A stretch of 64,000 bases of DNA, taken from assembly GCA_964016885.1 (NCBI GenBank), contig OZ024743.1, positions 233,492,001 through 233,556,000 on the forward strand, in the 5' to 3' direction. This document shows, one piece after another, positions 15,803 to 28,889 of the stretch; within the stretch, counting starts at the first letter, position 1; each line of letters begins with the position of its first letter. Made by a program: the position numbers and the translations under genes. The notes below the pieces were generated by a model, which worked only from the letters and a program-made list of their open reading frames with translations, was not told where the DNA came from and did no database searches. The stretch comes from Eledone cirrhosa. Taxonomy: Eukaryota.

Positions 15803-16805
15803 GTAAGACCTGACTTTTCTTGTTTATGCTCTTGTTATTGTTGTTTTAATCAGCACATATCTACCATAGATAGTGTGACAGATGTTTTTTTCAAACCATC
15901 GCTGACCAAACACTTCACTTTCAAATGTACATTGAAGCTATCTGTATGTAAGTATGGTATGGCAGCAAATTATCACTGTTGTGAGTAGTCTTAACATTGT
16001 AGAACATGCTGAATAACTGTGTGCTTTGCTATTTCGTGGTTAACTGAACTTACTGGTATGAATAGAGGAAATGCACATAGACTCCACCAGTCTCTACGTG
16101 GCCTAGATTCATTATGGATGTGAGATAGGGGAGAGAAATCTTCAGTGGAGCTTCTATAAATAAGCCAGATTGTTTTGGTAAATAAATAATAATAATAACT
16201 AGACCACCTATGACCCGTTGGACCACGTTCTCTTCAAAATATTTAAAAAAATCGTGTTCACTTAAAATTAATTTTTGAATAATTAAAATGTACACAGACA
16301 TGTATATAATGTGAAATGAAACTGGAAGGCCCATATATATACGTGTGTGTATGTATATATATAAATGTGTGTGTATACACATTGGCCTTGTGCCTAAATG
16401 AGAAACCATTATTATTATTGTTGTTGTTGTTATATCATTGTATGTTATCATTATTTCAATATATCATATCCTTATATCATTAAATTTATTATAGTGTTCT
16501 GACAATTTTTTCTCACTCTCAGTAATGTCTTTTTGTCTACTCTGGTATAATTCTGTTGCTAGTTTCCTTATTTAATTTACAAGTTCTCCACCAGACGTTT
16601 CTGTCTTGTTAATCAGTTGATTAGTTTATCATTAGTTCATCTCATTGATTTCCTGATACCGCCATTGCTTTGTTGGTATATCTCATTACTGTTCTTCATG
16701 TTTGTATTGTTTGTAGTCCATCTTGAATTAGTATATATATCATTTCTCCAAAACTTAGAATTAAAATATTTACTTACATCTTTCTTCATTCTGAGCTCAT
16801 ATTTA

Positions 16806-17009
16806 CCATATATACTCAAATATAAATTGAGGAATATGTATCCAAAAAAATCTGTGGTAAAATGGGAGGTTGTCTTATATATGCCATCTAAACAATGTGT
16901 TGATTAGCTGCCTCAGTTTATAAGCAGGATTTGGATTTTCACCTATTTCTCAGACATAAAATAAGGGGTCAGCTTATATTTGAATTGGCTTATATTCGAG
17001 TATATACAG
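16806..17009. mobile_element. pogo/Tc1-mariner-type MITE
   Basis: TA|CCATATATACTCAAATATAA ... TTATATTCGAGTATATACAG|TA: 20-bp TIR with 3 mismatches and a TA target. Confidence 0.65.
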
Positions 17010-17061
17010 TAATTGCCTCCACACCCATCCACTCCTGAGTATTACTAGAATAAATACCTGT

Positions 17062-17210
17062 AATATCGACAGTCGATCAACAAGATCGCAAACCTTGTCA
17101 AATCGGACTGAGAAAACAATGTTTCTATTGGTCTTTCCAATTGCTAATACTATGTACTGGTCACAAATCCAGGCAGAAGGAGCAGCATGAAATAAAGTAT
17201 CTTGCTTAAA
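17062..17210 (+). repeat. Dispersed repeat, second copy at 36145-36310
   Basis: Both copies share atatcga.agtcgatc.acaagatc, aaatcggac.gag..aacaatgtttc.attggtctttccaattgctaatactat and gaaataaagt.tcttgct. Confidence 0.75.
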
Positions 17211-17639
17211 TGTGCCTTCACCTGTAATATCCCAGAGTAAAATTAGTTGATTATACTCTTTCTCTAGTCAGGATGAATCAATATTTCCCATCTTAGATAC
17301 AGTGTTTAATTGAGGCATGACTTTTTATATTTCTGTGCTGCAAATCATAATAGGTGTATATTTGGCTTTTAGCCCTCCTGAGTCAATAAAATATATTTAC
17401 CAGTAAAATATTGAGCTCTATCTAATCACTTCTCTACTAGTGTGAAAAAATCAATGTTTTCTATGATACTTTATAGTTAAATATAAGTACAACTTTTTAT
17501 ATATGCTGCTATCTTTCTACAGGTGTTTGTATGTTTCTACAGATATTGTTATGCTTCAACAGATGTGGCTCTTTCTACTTTCTATATATGTTGATCATGA
17601 TGCATTTTTACAGCTGTTCCTATCTTTCTCCTGGTGTAG

Positions 17640-18178
17640 GACAACAGTTGTATAAAAATGTGCAGGGCGATCAAAATGGATGGAAGTTACGGAGTGCTTA
17701 GACCAAGAAAAACTTGGGACGAGTTGATAAAAACTGACCTTGCTCACTTACACCTCTCTAAGACAATATCACTGGATCGAGATCTTTGACGCTATGCAGT
17801 TATACAGAAAACACCCCTTCCCTTGCATACAAACTTAAACCTACAGTCAGTAGGCACCTCTTAACCCAATATACACCCCAGGCCACATCCTCCTATTTCC
17901 ATCCACTGTAAAGCGGTCGTGAAGGTGATACAACAAGAAGCACCCAGTCCCCACTGTAAAGTGGTCATGTAGGAGACACGGTAAAAAGGATGCCAGTCCA
18001 TACTGTAAATGTGGTTGGTGTTAGGAAGGGCATCCTGCCATAGAAAACCTGCCAGCGACAGTTCTGTACCAGCGAGACACGGTCTCCTGACCAATCTCGC
18101 CTCAAGTGGGACAAAGCGTGGAAGAAGTTCAACCCATAGCGTGGAAGAAGGATGTTAAATGATGATGATGATGATAAT
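17640..18178 (+). mobile_element. RTE-like 3' remnant plus SINE tail ending in (GAT)n
   Basis: RPRKTWDELIKTDL motif; ggtgttaggaagggcatcctgccatagaaa...gttaaatgatgatgatg, as at 14185-14340. Confidence 0.6.
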
Positions 18179-18273
18179 GTATGTGTGTATGTATATATAT
18201 GTGGGTGTCTGTGATCTATATACACTGGTCATAGACACACACACACACATATATATATATACAGACACACACT

Positions 18274-18312
<39 letters not shown>

Positions 18313-21300
18313 AGGGTTGATGGACCCAGCATATTTATCAATGCCAGTACCAGTTGTATCTCAGCGCACTCAATGGGCAATGCAAGATACATTACGAGAG
18401 TATACACATAGTTATTTGCCTCAACACAACACACGTAAAACGGGTGCCTATAAGGTTCCCGGACTCGAGTTTCTGCAGCACTAATGCAGCAGTAAGGTGC
18501 ACTGCACCATCTGTCTGCATATATTATGCAACAATGCACAATCGGCTTATGCAGCTTCATCAGCGGGTATCGCCTAATCAATAACCAATCGATTAACATA
18601 ATCAAAACACCGGCCCATGCCAGTCATGACTGTTTGTGACAACCGACATGGTAAAGCGATTAACTGGCAACCGATAGGACTCTATCTCTCAATTAGTCAC
18701 TGATTTACAAATTTTACGTGGGGACGGGAAGCTAAAAAGAATCAATCTATTAGTTCCTGTCAGAAGCCCTCAGCCAACGTGTCTCACACACAAATTATCA
18801 AGGGATGAAAAGATGGCTATTAGAAATAGCAGTTCACATTGATATAAAATAGAATGGTAACATTCGATTCATGTCTCCAAGCCCATGGCTAGAGGAAAGC
18901 GATGGTAACAATGGTAGTGCCAAGAACCTTTAACAGACATTAAATGCGATCATCCATTATATACCAATATAGTAGCGAGCTGAAATGTGTCAGCCACGTG
19001 TGTAGATAACCAGTCTAATTCACAACTTAAAAGACAAAATTAGTAGCAGGAAAAAGAGTGCATATCAAAACAAAAACACAATAAGAAGTGAAAAATTGTT
19101 TAACTTACTCATATATATATATATATATAGATATATATATATATACAACAACACTACAGCTCTCTCTTTCTCTTCCATTCTCCTTCCCTGTCTCCTCTCC
19201 CTCTCGCTATGTCTCTCTTTCAATTTACTCTCTCACAACTACTATCTCTTTCTCTCTCTCTCTGTTTATGAAGGTACCTGGAAAAACCCCATATCTTAGG
19301 AACTTGTCCTCCGATTTACGCAAAATTTGATTTATTTCATTTGTATTCCCATTTGAGGGTCAACTTCCTTTCAAAGTATTTTCCCATTATGCACCCTTTT
19401 TGCTGTATTACATTACAGACAAGCAAGCAAACAATCACAGAGTTTTAGTAGTATATAAATAGATAGATGATTTAATTTATTTGCCACTCTGGCTTTCAAT
19501 GAAGGATTCATTATAAACACAAGTTGCAACATGAAGATTGAGATTTACATGGAAACTATAAAAACAGGTTAAACATGTATACAAATTGTATACAACTTCA
19601 TTATTTAGCATTCAAAATAGCTGTATTCAACCAGAATTCTCTCACTTCTTACTGTTCAAACTGGCTGTAACTGGGTGTAACCAGTTGCTAATATTTATAT
19701 TGTTTTCAAAATAAATAATATCAAAATCTCATAGATTCGATATTATGTGAGATAATTAAGTGTCAGTTTTCACACTCGGAGAGAGGGAAAAAAATAAAAA
19801 TGGTCAAAAATACACTAAATGTTTTACATAAATAATCATAAATTTCTAAATAAAATAATCCAAAGTACAATATAAAAGCAGTTGTATATAAGATAAAACA
19901 ATCGCATGTCTTTTATTTAGCTGATGTACCTGAATGTTAATTTATTTCGAACTTTAAATTCCTTACTGATTAAATTTCATGAATGCTTTCTTTCAATTTG
20001 AATTTCAATTAATATTTCTTTACTCCACAGTTCAGGTATTTGAGACTTTCATGTAAATTTCACATTTAATGGTTAAATAGTCATTTAATCATGGAACGGT
20101 TACTTATATCAAAAGCACTACCATATAAATGGCATATGCACATCATAAACACGTGACTTATGAAGTATCATAATATAATAAAGGGAGGAGTGCGGGACTG
20201 CATCATGAACATATGTTTTTATCCTGTTAGTAAAATAACTTAGATTAATTTGAATAAATAATGAATGAATATTACATAATTTTTGTACTAAATTTCGTAG
20301 CTGTTAATTAAACATAAATTTTCTTATATATAATGATTGTTTATTCTAAGATTCACTTCTTTTAAAATTTTCAAATGTCTACACTTCTGCTTAGCATCTG
20401 TTATGTCATAACACTTATTAGATCGCTTATGTAAACGTTCATATATTTGCATTGTTATATAAGTTTTATATTTCTGTCACTAATTTTCTCCTTTTTGTTT
20501 TCATAAAATTTCACCGTAATGCAATTTATATATAATATCGTCTTTTTTAAATGTATCATGGATTACTTTACTGATTACAGAAGAGAGTGTAACACAGTCT
20601 CTATTCAATTTCTGTTTTATTTGAAGTATCATATCTACATGCATGTATATTCGCATATGCATACTACACATGCTAGCAGAAAACCACCTGAAGGGTCGTT
20701 TTTCTGCTAGTAAGTATAATGGTCAAGTTTTAAGATTAAAATTCCAGCAAGAATACATGAGCTGCTGGTGAAGAAAAAATAACTGCATAAAATGTATTAA
20801 ATACACATGCCTGCAATCAAAGGTGCAGTAAAGTAAAGCCACATGTGACTCTGTGTATACCTGCATTCATGTCTGTCTTTTTGTGTTGTTCATGTCACAT
20901 ATGTATTGGAAATTTCTTACCAGATGGCTCTAATCTATCTGAGCCATATTTTATTAACTCTGGTTTGTCATACAATTCAGTTATATATATCTGAATAGTC
21001 TTTCTATACACAAAAGATTTAATTCATGTTAACCCTGTCCATATAAATGATAATACACAAGGATTTTAATCAACAAACACTATTTGAAAATGTCATCCAC
21101 TGGAAATGTGGCACTAGTCTCAATATATTTAATACCTATTCACTCTTTATACCAAAACAAAACAAGAATGCACTTTACTTATTAATAAAAAAAAACTTAC
21201 AGATTCTTCTCCAACTGACTGGCAGATACTGAATCTACAAATACTATTCTGCATCATCTCTGCCTCTTCTACTTTTATAACAACAATTGCTGAGCCCTTG

Positions 21301-21557
21301 AAATTGAAAAACTTGAGCTATATTTGCAAAGCATCATTGCCCACTCATATCTGTCAACCTCTAAAAATCCAAACAGGGAGTACCATGAAAAAAAATAATG
21401 AAAGCTATACCCATTTTCGCAAGAGAAGAGATCTCTCACCTACCCTAAAGTGGGTGGGAGATGTCCCCATCGGACTGGGAGAGTTGACACACACACACGA
21501 TTTCAAGAAACTTGTAAAATATTTATGTTGATCACATTTTTCTTATTTCTATTTCAG

Positions 21558-21705
21558 TTATAATTCAAGGAACACCTTGTTTAATGAAAAACTCGAAGAA
21601 TATTGAACCTATAATGATGGTATATAGCAACAAATCAATGCCCTTAATGAAGCAAGTGCAAATGAAAGAGATCTCAAAACCGCAATACTTCGAAAAATAT
21701 TGTCC
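21558..21705 (+). CDS. Gene A internal exon
   Basis: ttctatttcag acceptor and gtatgt donor; 148 bp, phase 1 to 2. The only open frame is the one required by the flanking exons: IIQGTPCLMKNSKNIEPIMMVYSNKSMPLMKQVQMKEISKPQYFEKYC. Confidence 0.75.
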
Positions 21706-21964
21706 GTATGTAGAGAAAAGTTATTTCTAAATAATTCTTGATTCAGATATGCTGTAGAATTTTACAGTAATTAGGCACAAACCAGAATATTCTGCATTTG
21801 GATATCAACAGGGTTGACTCTCATCTCTCTAATTGATATAATATATAACAGCAATATACAATAATATGTACACCCTCCTCTTCAAATGTTTGACATGAAA
21901 TTCACAGTGATATATATACATCTGGTTGTAGATAGATGTGTGTACCAGTTGTAGCAGTGGGTTC

Positions 21965-22360
21965 ATTATAATCATCATCATTTTACGTCCGCTTTTCCCT
22001 GCTTACAAGGGTGGGTCATGTCCTCTTCAGCACAGCATCTCTCCATTCGTCACGGTCCTTTGCCTTCTTCTCTGTGAGATTCAGCAATCTGAGGTCAGCT
22101 CTCACCACCGCCGCCCATGTTTTTCATGGTCTTCTTCTGCATTTTCCTTTCCCCGGGATTTCTTTGCAGTAATCTTCCATGCACATCCCATGGTCATACC
22201 AACACAGTCTTCTCTCTCGCACACTACAGTTTATCCCTCTTACACACAGTTTCACTCTCACCTCGTCCATGCTTGGTTGTACATGCAAATTGATATTGCA
22301 TATCCATTGGAGCATGCTTGCTACATTTCTTGCCAGCCTTCGCTGGATTGTCTGGTGTAA
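21965..22360 (-). mobile_element. RTE-like LINE 3' end
   Basis: Minus strand reads RVKLCVRGINCSVRERRLCWYDHG..GKGKCRRRP, with tail ..aagcggacgtaaaatgatgatg. Confidence 0.7.
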
Positions 22361-22755
22361 ATATAATATTCTAATTTAAACATTAAATATTCAATACTTT
22401 TTTAATCAAGTTGTATTAAATTATTTGAGGGAATCATTCTTTAGATGTCATTACCTGTTTCGAAAATTCTTTATAAATTAAGAATTGTTTTGCCAGTTAT
22501 GTGGAATGCAGCACAGAGAATGCTCAAAGGAACAGTGTGCTCTTGGTAAATAAACATACAATCTTACAATCATGATACAAATGCCCTAATCCCTAAGTTA
22601 TGCATGCATCTTCACATAACAAGCATATACACTCATATGCACACACTTTTTTAAACATAGACTAGCTAAATATACCATTCTTTAGGTTTCACTTTCTCAT
22701 TTAAATATCTACATAAGTTAAGAAAATCTTCAATCTGTTACTTTTATTTTTACAG

Positions 22756-22951
22756 AATATTGAAATCAACAATGGATGAAATCGTTGTTAACCTTAATTG
22801 CAAAAAGGAGTTTACTAAAGTACTTAAAGAATATTTCCATGATATCATGTCTCAGAAGTGTAAAGATATCACTTCAGATGGTATAAAACCAGCCATAAAT
22901 GTTTACTTCATTGCGTTATCCATACTAAGTATTCTTTTTACTATTGCTTAA
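22756..22951 (+). CDS. Gene A terminal coding exon with GPI-signal-like hydrophobic tail
   Basis: ttttatttttacag acceptor, phase 2. Reads ILKSTMDEIVVNLNCKKEFTKVLKEYFHDIMSQKCKDITSDGIKPAINVYFIALSILSILFTIA-stop. AATAAA lies near 23186. Confidence 0.78.
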
Positions 22952-23827
22952 AAAACATTAATTTATACTGATATTTCAATATTTTATATTATATAAGCTG
23001 ATATCAATATAATCACTATAATCGTTATCAATATAATCAATTGTTCTCTTCCCCAATTTAAGGCTCTGTACCAATGTTAGTAATCAATATAATATGCTTA
23101 CATTTTAAGTTTTATATTTTTATTTTCATACATTCTTTTTTTATTCATTTTAAAATCCCCTTGTAATGGCATCCTATTTTTAGCAAATAAAATAAACCCA
23201 TTATGATTAAATTTTGTTTTTGTTATTGATATTATCACATTCTGTTTCATGCTGAATCCCCTTGAGAACTGCCTTAAAGGTACACAAGTTTGCGTAATGC
23301 TCAGTCACGTTAATGTTCTATAATAATGGCTACTGAAATACTGATCCCAAATTTGTGAACAGAAAATATGTTGGGACCCTTCTGGCTGATTCCCACTATG
23401 GTTTCCTTTTCGTAAAATTACTGGTATGTTTTTCACACTTGATGTATATTCTGAAGACAAGGATCTGGTCGTACTAGCTTTTAATAACACGTAATTGAAA
23501 TATTGATCGATTGAAATATTGATAGATTGGATTTTGACCTTCCCCTTCGAAACAATTGTAAATTAATAAACACTTCTTCATGAATTTTGGTGGAATTTCT
23601 CTAATTATAATATTGATATTTACGCTTTGCCTTTATATTTAATGTTTGGCTTATAGTTTATTTTGCCTTCTCTGAACACTTATCTTGCATGCTTTACACA
23701 TGGAGTACATTGCCCTCCTTGCTCCTGTAATTTCCTTTTCACAAACTAATCTCTACACTCTCTTCTTGGATTGGATTGTACACGTACCTATGATATATAC
23801 ATATATATAAAAAAAAGAGAGTATAAA

Positions 23828-24605
23828 GCGGAGGTGTGCAACATATTCCATTAGCAGGCCACTTTTGATCATTGGAACAACTATTAGGACCAGTCTCTGT
23901 CAGAAATATGTAATCTAATGAAAACCAGTGAATTGAGTCATAAATACATTGTGAATACATTTTTAAACAATAAAAACAAATAAAATATAATTTAGTTTTA
24001 TCAATGTAAGACTTGGTATTTGGTGTTTTTCCACAATTTATCAATGTCTGGTTTGACTGATGTGATGTGGTGGCAACTCGAAGCTGACTGGTCAGATATT
24101 CAATAGTGAGCTGACTTCGGTATCTATTCCTAGTAAATTTCATTCTTGAAAAGAACTGCTCACAACAATATGTGCTGCCAAAAAAAATTGTCATTTTCCT
24201 AGCATGTTGCTCCAAATTTGGATGATTACCACATACATAATTTTTGTAGAAAGTTACCAAATCATTGTTATCAAATGCTCTTCTCAAGTGCATATCAGAC
24301 TGCAAATATATCAGCTTCATTGGAAACAATTAGGACTGTCTCTTCAGGTGCCATGTCAAATGGCTGACAAAACAGTTTGAACTCAGTTTCACATTTCCTG
24401 AAATCAGCAAATCTGCTTATAAATTTAGCATGCAACTTGCCAACACATTCAGCATATTTGGAACAATCCAAATCTGGCATTTCTGCTTTTCTGACAGCTA
24501 GACTGGGAAAATGAATAAGTGCTGTTCTACTCAGCTGAGTCTGAAAAAGTTGCAGTTTCTTTTCAAACGAACAAATGCGTTCAAACATCTTGTTTTCCAG
24601 ATGAC
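23828..24605 (-). mobile_element. hAT DNA transposon remnant (SPIN/GTF2IRD2-like transposase C-terminus)
   Basis: FEKKLQLF..LIHFPSL..KFISRFADF..FCQPF; frameshifted MKLIYLQSD..HPNL..FGSTYCCEQFFSRMK..RSQLT hAT dimerisation motif. TIR-like cggaggtgtgcaac lies near 23829. Confidence 0.8.
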
Positions 24606-24609
24606 TTTT

Positions 24610-25617
24610 CCTGAGAAGGGGGAGGACAGTCGAAGTCAGAGAGCTTGGGATATCATAAGTTCGAAGGCCACCTTCGAATCCCTCTTCGTCCAGTTGGGTC
24701 AGTTTACAAGGTGCCGCTTACTATCTGCTCGCACCAAATACTCAGGTGACTGGGTTGATGCTCTACCCATGGCTAACATTGGTGGCCTACTCAGCTTGGA
24801 TGAACTTCGTGTCTCTATTGCCCTCACTGTGGTAGCTGACGTCTGTACAGGTTTGAGTTGTATATGTGGAAAACTGCTCGACTCCACAGTATTTCTTGCT
24901 GCCTGAATGCCGGTCACTTCGCACGTCACACGGAGCTAAACCTTATTCTCAAGAGATCTTTGGCCCGGGCGAACATCCCCTCAATCTTGGAACCTTCTGG
25001 GCTGTCCAGGAGTGATGGGAAAAGACCTGACAACCTTACCCTGTGCCCCTGCTCGAGAGGCAGGTGCCTTGTCTGGGACGTCACAGTTAGTGACTCTTTT
25101 GCTTCTTCCCTCATCCTGGATGCTGCAGTTAGGGCGAGAGCCACAGCTTCCGCAGCTGAACGGAGCAAAATCCTAAAATACTGGGATATGTCGGTCAACT
25201 ACATTTTCCAGCCTGTGGTGTTCGAGACATTTGGAGGAGTCAGGCTGCTGACTGCGAGATTATCTTCACTGGTGGCTCGCCTATCAGAGGTAACTGGTGA
25301 ATCTCACAAGTGCGCTTGGTTCTTCCAACGCATCATCCTGGCCATCACCCAGGGTAACGCTGCCAGCATACTGGCTTGCCTAAAAAAATCATTGGAGAGG
25401 TTTCCCAGTGCTCCTCACGATACTGCTATCTTTTGCTCTGGTAGTGGTTCGGTTGTCCACCCCTTCTATATATATTATTTGTGTTTGCTTTCATCCTGTA
25501 AGCATTGTATTATTATATTTCTATTTCTTTTTATTTATAATATTATTATATATTTTTTGTATTTGTAATTTGAATAAAATATCACTACAGTTTAGTGTCG
25601 TTGAGTAAAAAAAAAAT
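24610..25617 (+). mobile_element. 5'-truncated non-LTR retrotransposon with restriction-like endonuclease (CRE-like)
   Basis: SGDWVDALP..ELRVSIAL..CICG; H..SC..GHFARH..LN; LEPSGLSRSDGKRPD..G..LVWDVTV; AE..K..KY; FQPVVFETFG; QGNA. AATAAA near 25573 and poly-A at 25608-25617. One frameshift near 24885. Confidence 0.8.
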
Positions 25618-25683
25618 TCATTAATGTTAAGAATAAAAAAAAGTAATGGGTGTATTAATGGTAGTTTATCTTCTTTACTATAA

Positions 25684-25866
25684 ATAATTGTTTCTACTTT
25701 AGGCACAAGGCCAGCAATTAACCAGTATATTACTGGTACTTTATTTTATCGACCCCGTAAGGATGAAAGGCAAAGTTAACCTCGGCGAGATTTGAACTCA
25801 GACTGTAAAGGGACGTAACTATGCTAGAAAGCATGGCGTCCAACCCTCTACCGATACTGCCAATTC
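25684..25866 (-). mobile_element. tRNA-derived SINE
   Basis: Reverse complement of the 6378 family. Confidence 0.85.
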
Positions 25867-26263
25867 ACAATGGATGCAAAATACTGCTTTATAAATAAAA
25901 TAGTTGTCTCCCCTGAACCATGTTATTATGGTTGCGTGCCATAAATGTAGTTTGCGTTGCATTTGATGTTAATCTTTATCAGTTTAAGAAACGATTGGCG
26001 TGAGGCAGATGACTCCTAAGAGATTGTAAAAATAACAGTTAACTAGCAATAGAACTGGTTACAAAATCAATGAATCTGACAATGTTCCTACCTCCATAAG
26101 AAGGCTGACACCCCCACCCCCACCCCCACCACACCCCCTATATAGGTATACGAGAAATCGCTTATCGGTGTTAATCTCTTTACACGTGCGCGCACACACA
26201 CACATATATATATACACACATACACAGATTCATATATATATATACATATACATATACATATAC

Positions 26264-26339
<76 letters not shown>

Positions 26340-26391
26340 TAATAAAAACAATGAAATAAACACAAAGAACAATTTCCTTATATTAAAAAAT

Positions 26392-26525
26392 TCATCATTT
26401 TACGATCGTTTCTGGGATGTATGTGTGTTGGTATGCATATCATATAGATCAATGTAAAAATATTACAAATTATCAGAGGAAATATACATACCTTCACATA
26501 CACATGCCGTCCTCAGAAATGATGA
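26392..26525 (-). ncRNA. Type I hammerhead ribozyme with ~97-nt stem II (family B, Naiad pLTR)
   Basis: Minus strand reads TCATCATTT-CTGAGGA-[long imperfect stem II]-GAAA-CGATCG-TA-AAATGATGA. Stem I is a perfect 9 bp and stem III is palindromic. It is on the same strand as, and ~900 nt downstream of, the Naiad ORF. Confidence 0.82.
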
Positions 26526-26748
26526 GATGTGTTTATTAAAAAAAACAAAGAATTAGTATAAAGGGTCTGTTTGGGAACATATTTTGAATTGACCAATAGA
26601 AAAGGAGTTAGAGGTCAAGTTGATAGAATGACAGTAGTAGAAATTAAATCCAGGGGTATAGGAGTGCAGACTTATGCTTTGAATGAAAAGAATACTATGG
26701 AGATGAAATGAGGTCAAGTCAAGAAGATAGTGAATGGTACTCGAACAT

Positions 26749-27125
26749 TTGATGTTATTAAACAATATTGTTAAAAACGAAGGAAAATAAAATTTTAGGT
26801 GCGAAACCTATTAGTAAGAAACACCTATCTTATTTAAACCACAAGGAATATAGATATATAACAAGAACTTAAATTAATTGATAGGTATACTTACAGGGAT
26901 AATGTTATAATAATTCATATGAATGTGATAAATAAAAACTTGATGTTATTAAAGAGTGTTGTTAAAAACGAAGGAAAATAAAATTTTGGGATAAGGGTAT
27001 TAGTGAGAAATACCAATCTTATTTAAACTACAGCGAATCTAAATACATAACAGGAAATTAAATTAATTTATAGGTATACTTACAGGGATAAAATTATATT
27101 AATTCATATGAATGTGATAAATAAA
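26749..27125. repeat. ~190-bp tandem duplication in the Naiad 3' UTR
   Basis: ttgatgttattaaa..ttgttaaaaacgaaggaaaataaaatttt...gaatgtgataaataaa occurs twice. Confidence 0.88.
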
Positions 27126-28889
27126 GAAGTAAGAAATTAAAGCAATAAAAAATAAAAAATAAATATATGGAAAAACTGAAGTAGATAAACATTTTTATAA
27201 ACATTTTTATACGGACATTGATAATATTAAAGATATTAATTATATTTAATAATCATAGGTATTAAATGTGATAAATAGGGGATGCGACTAAATGAAGTAG
27301 TGTGGTTAAAAATAATTTTAGGAAAAGAGAGCTGTAAGAGGGAAATAAAAATATGAAATTCTCTGTAGTAAAATACTAATTATAGGTTAACTAAATAAAA
27401 AAAAAACAATTATAATAATTTGTAAAATATAAGAGTAAGGTGTATATTAATTAGGTTTATAATATTTGAAGTTTCTTCTAATTCTATGATTGCAAGATAT
27501 AATTAATTCCTGTCGCTTATTTAATAGGATATCCTTAGATTTCATGATTTCAAAAAGTTCTTGGGAGCATAACCTACACTCGTATCTGCTATTTTGATAA
27601 GGGGTGGCCCTTTTGAGCACGCTCCAGGTTAGGTTGTAATCGATGTTCTTCTTTCTATAATTATTAATTGTTTGAGCCAAGGATGTTGTATTAGCTAATG
27701 CGGCATTTTTAAAACTATGTTTGTGGGTATTAAATCTTACTTTAAATTGGTTAGACGAAGCTCCTATATATGAATAAGTGGAGTCCTTAGTGCTAATTTT
27801 ACATTTATAGACTATGTTATTAATAAGACAATTTCCCTTTAATGGGCAATTTCTTTTGATTCTACAGTTATAACCATTCGTGAATATTATATCGGGAGTT
27901 AGTCAAATTTGGTGTGGGATTTACAGGACTTGTTATAGGTGAAGGAGATGATGGTTTGTTATGGTTTATTTTAGTATTATTATGGTTGGTTTGATGTGTT
28001 GGTGGTATATTTATATTTTTTTTACACTTATATGCGTTGTACGCACTTATATTCTGTTGTATATTTTTGGTAGTGGAGTAGGAAAATTTGACTGTAGATC
28101 TATTTAAAATTTGATGGTATTTATGGTTTGGTGGGAAGTTTTTCTCTAGGATAGCAAATAAATTTTTAGGGATATGGTCTTTAATTTGTAGATTAAATGG
28201 AGCATTATACCAAGTAGCCCATCTATTATGGTTTCGATATTGTTTCTTATATTTATACGATGTAACAGGAGGTTCACTAAGAGAGTTACTATTAGTGATT
28301 CTATTATATATAGGTTTAGTTAGATTAACTGATTTTGGTGTTTTAGTCTGATTATTAGGAATTTTGTTAGTAATGTTGTTAACATATGTTGGAGTATTAG
28401 GATAAATGGTTTTTTGAAAGTCATTATATTTTATGTGAGAAGAGGTAGAGACATTAAATTTTAGGTTGGTGTTTTTAGGTGTAATATGAGTGGCATTTAG
28501 GTGTGGGATTTTCATTTGGTGTTTGTTGGTAATATTAGGTTGTATGTTTGAAATATTATTGGTGCAAGGTATGTATACTAATTTGTTTTTGTGGCCGCTT
28601 CTAGCTAAAGCTTCGTTATAAAAGGGCACGTTTTTATCGAATACATCCTGATTTGATGAAAGGTTAGAGATCCTGAGTGAGATGTTATATGCTAGGTTTT
28701 TAAGGATAGATCTAGCGTGATTGGATTGTGAGTGTATGTAATGCAAGTTTTGGTTAGGTTTATGGTAAGGTTGGTAGATACCCGTAGATAGGTCCAAAGT
28801 TATATCTAGGAAATTGACTATTTTACTGGTGTTTTCAAATGTAATAGTGAGATTATAATAGTCTTTGAGGAAAGTTCTAATAAGTTTTT

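Larger units (their letters stand above)
26340..28885 (-). mobile_element. Penelope-like retroelement (Naiad-type), 5'-truncated, with 3' UTR/pLTR
   Basis: NFLDITLDL..YQPYHKPNQNLHYIHSQSNH; WYNAPF..NFPPNHKYHQILNRSTVKFSYS; after a frameshift (Y)NCRIKRNCPLKGNC, IVY..YIG, CRLC and LLNKRQE. The element ends in (TA)n near 26336. Confidence 0.85.
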
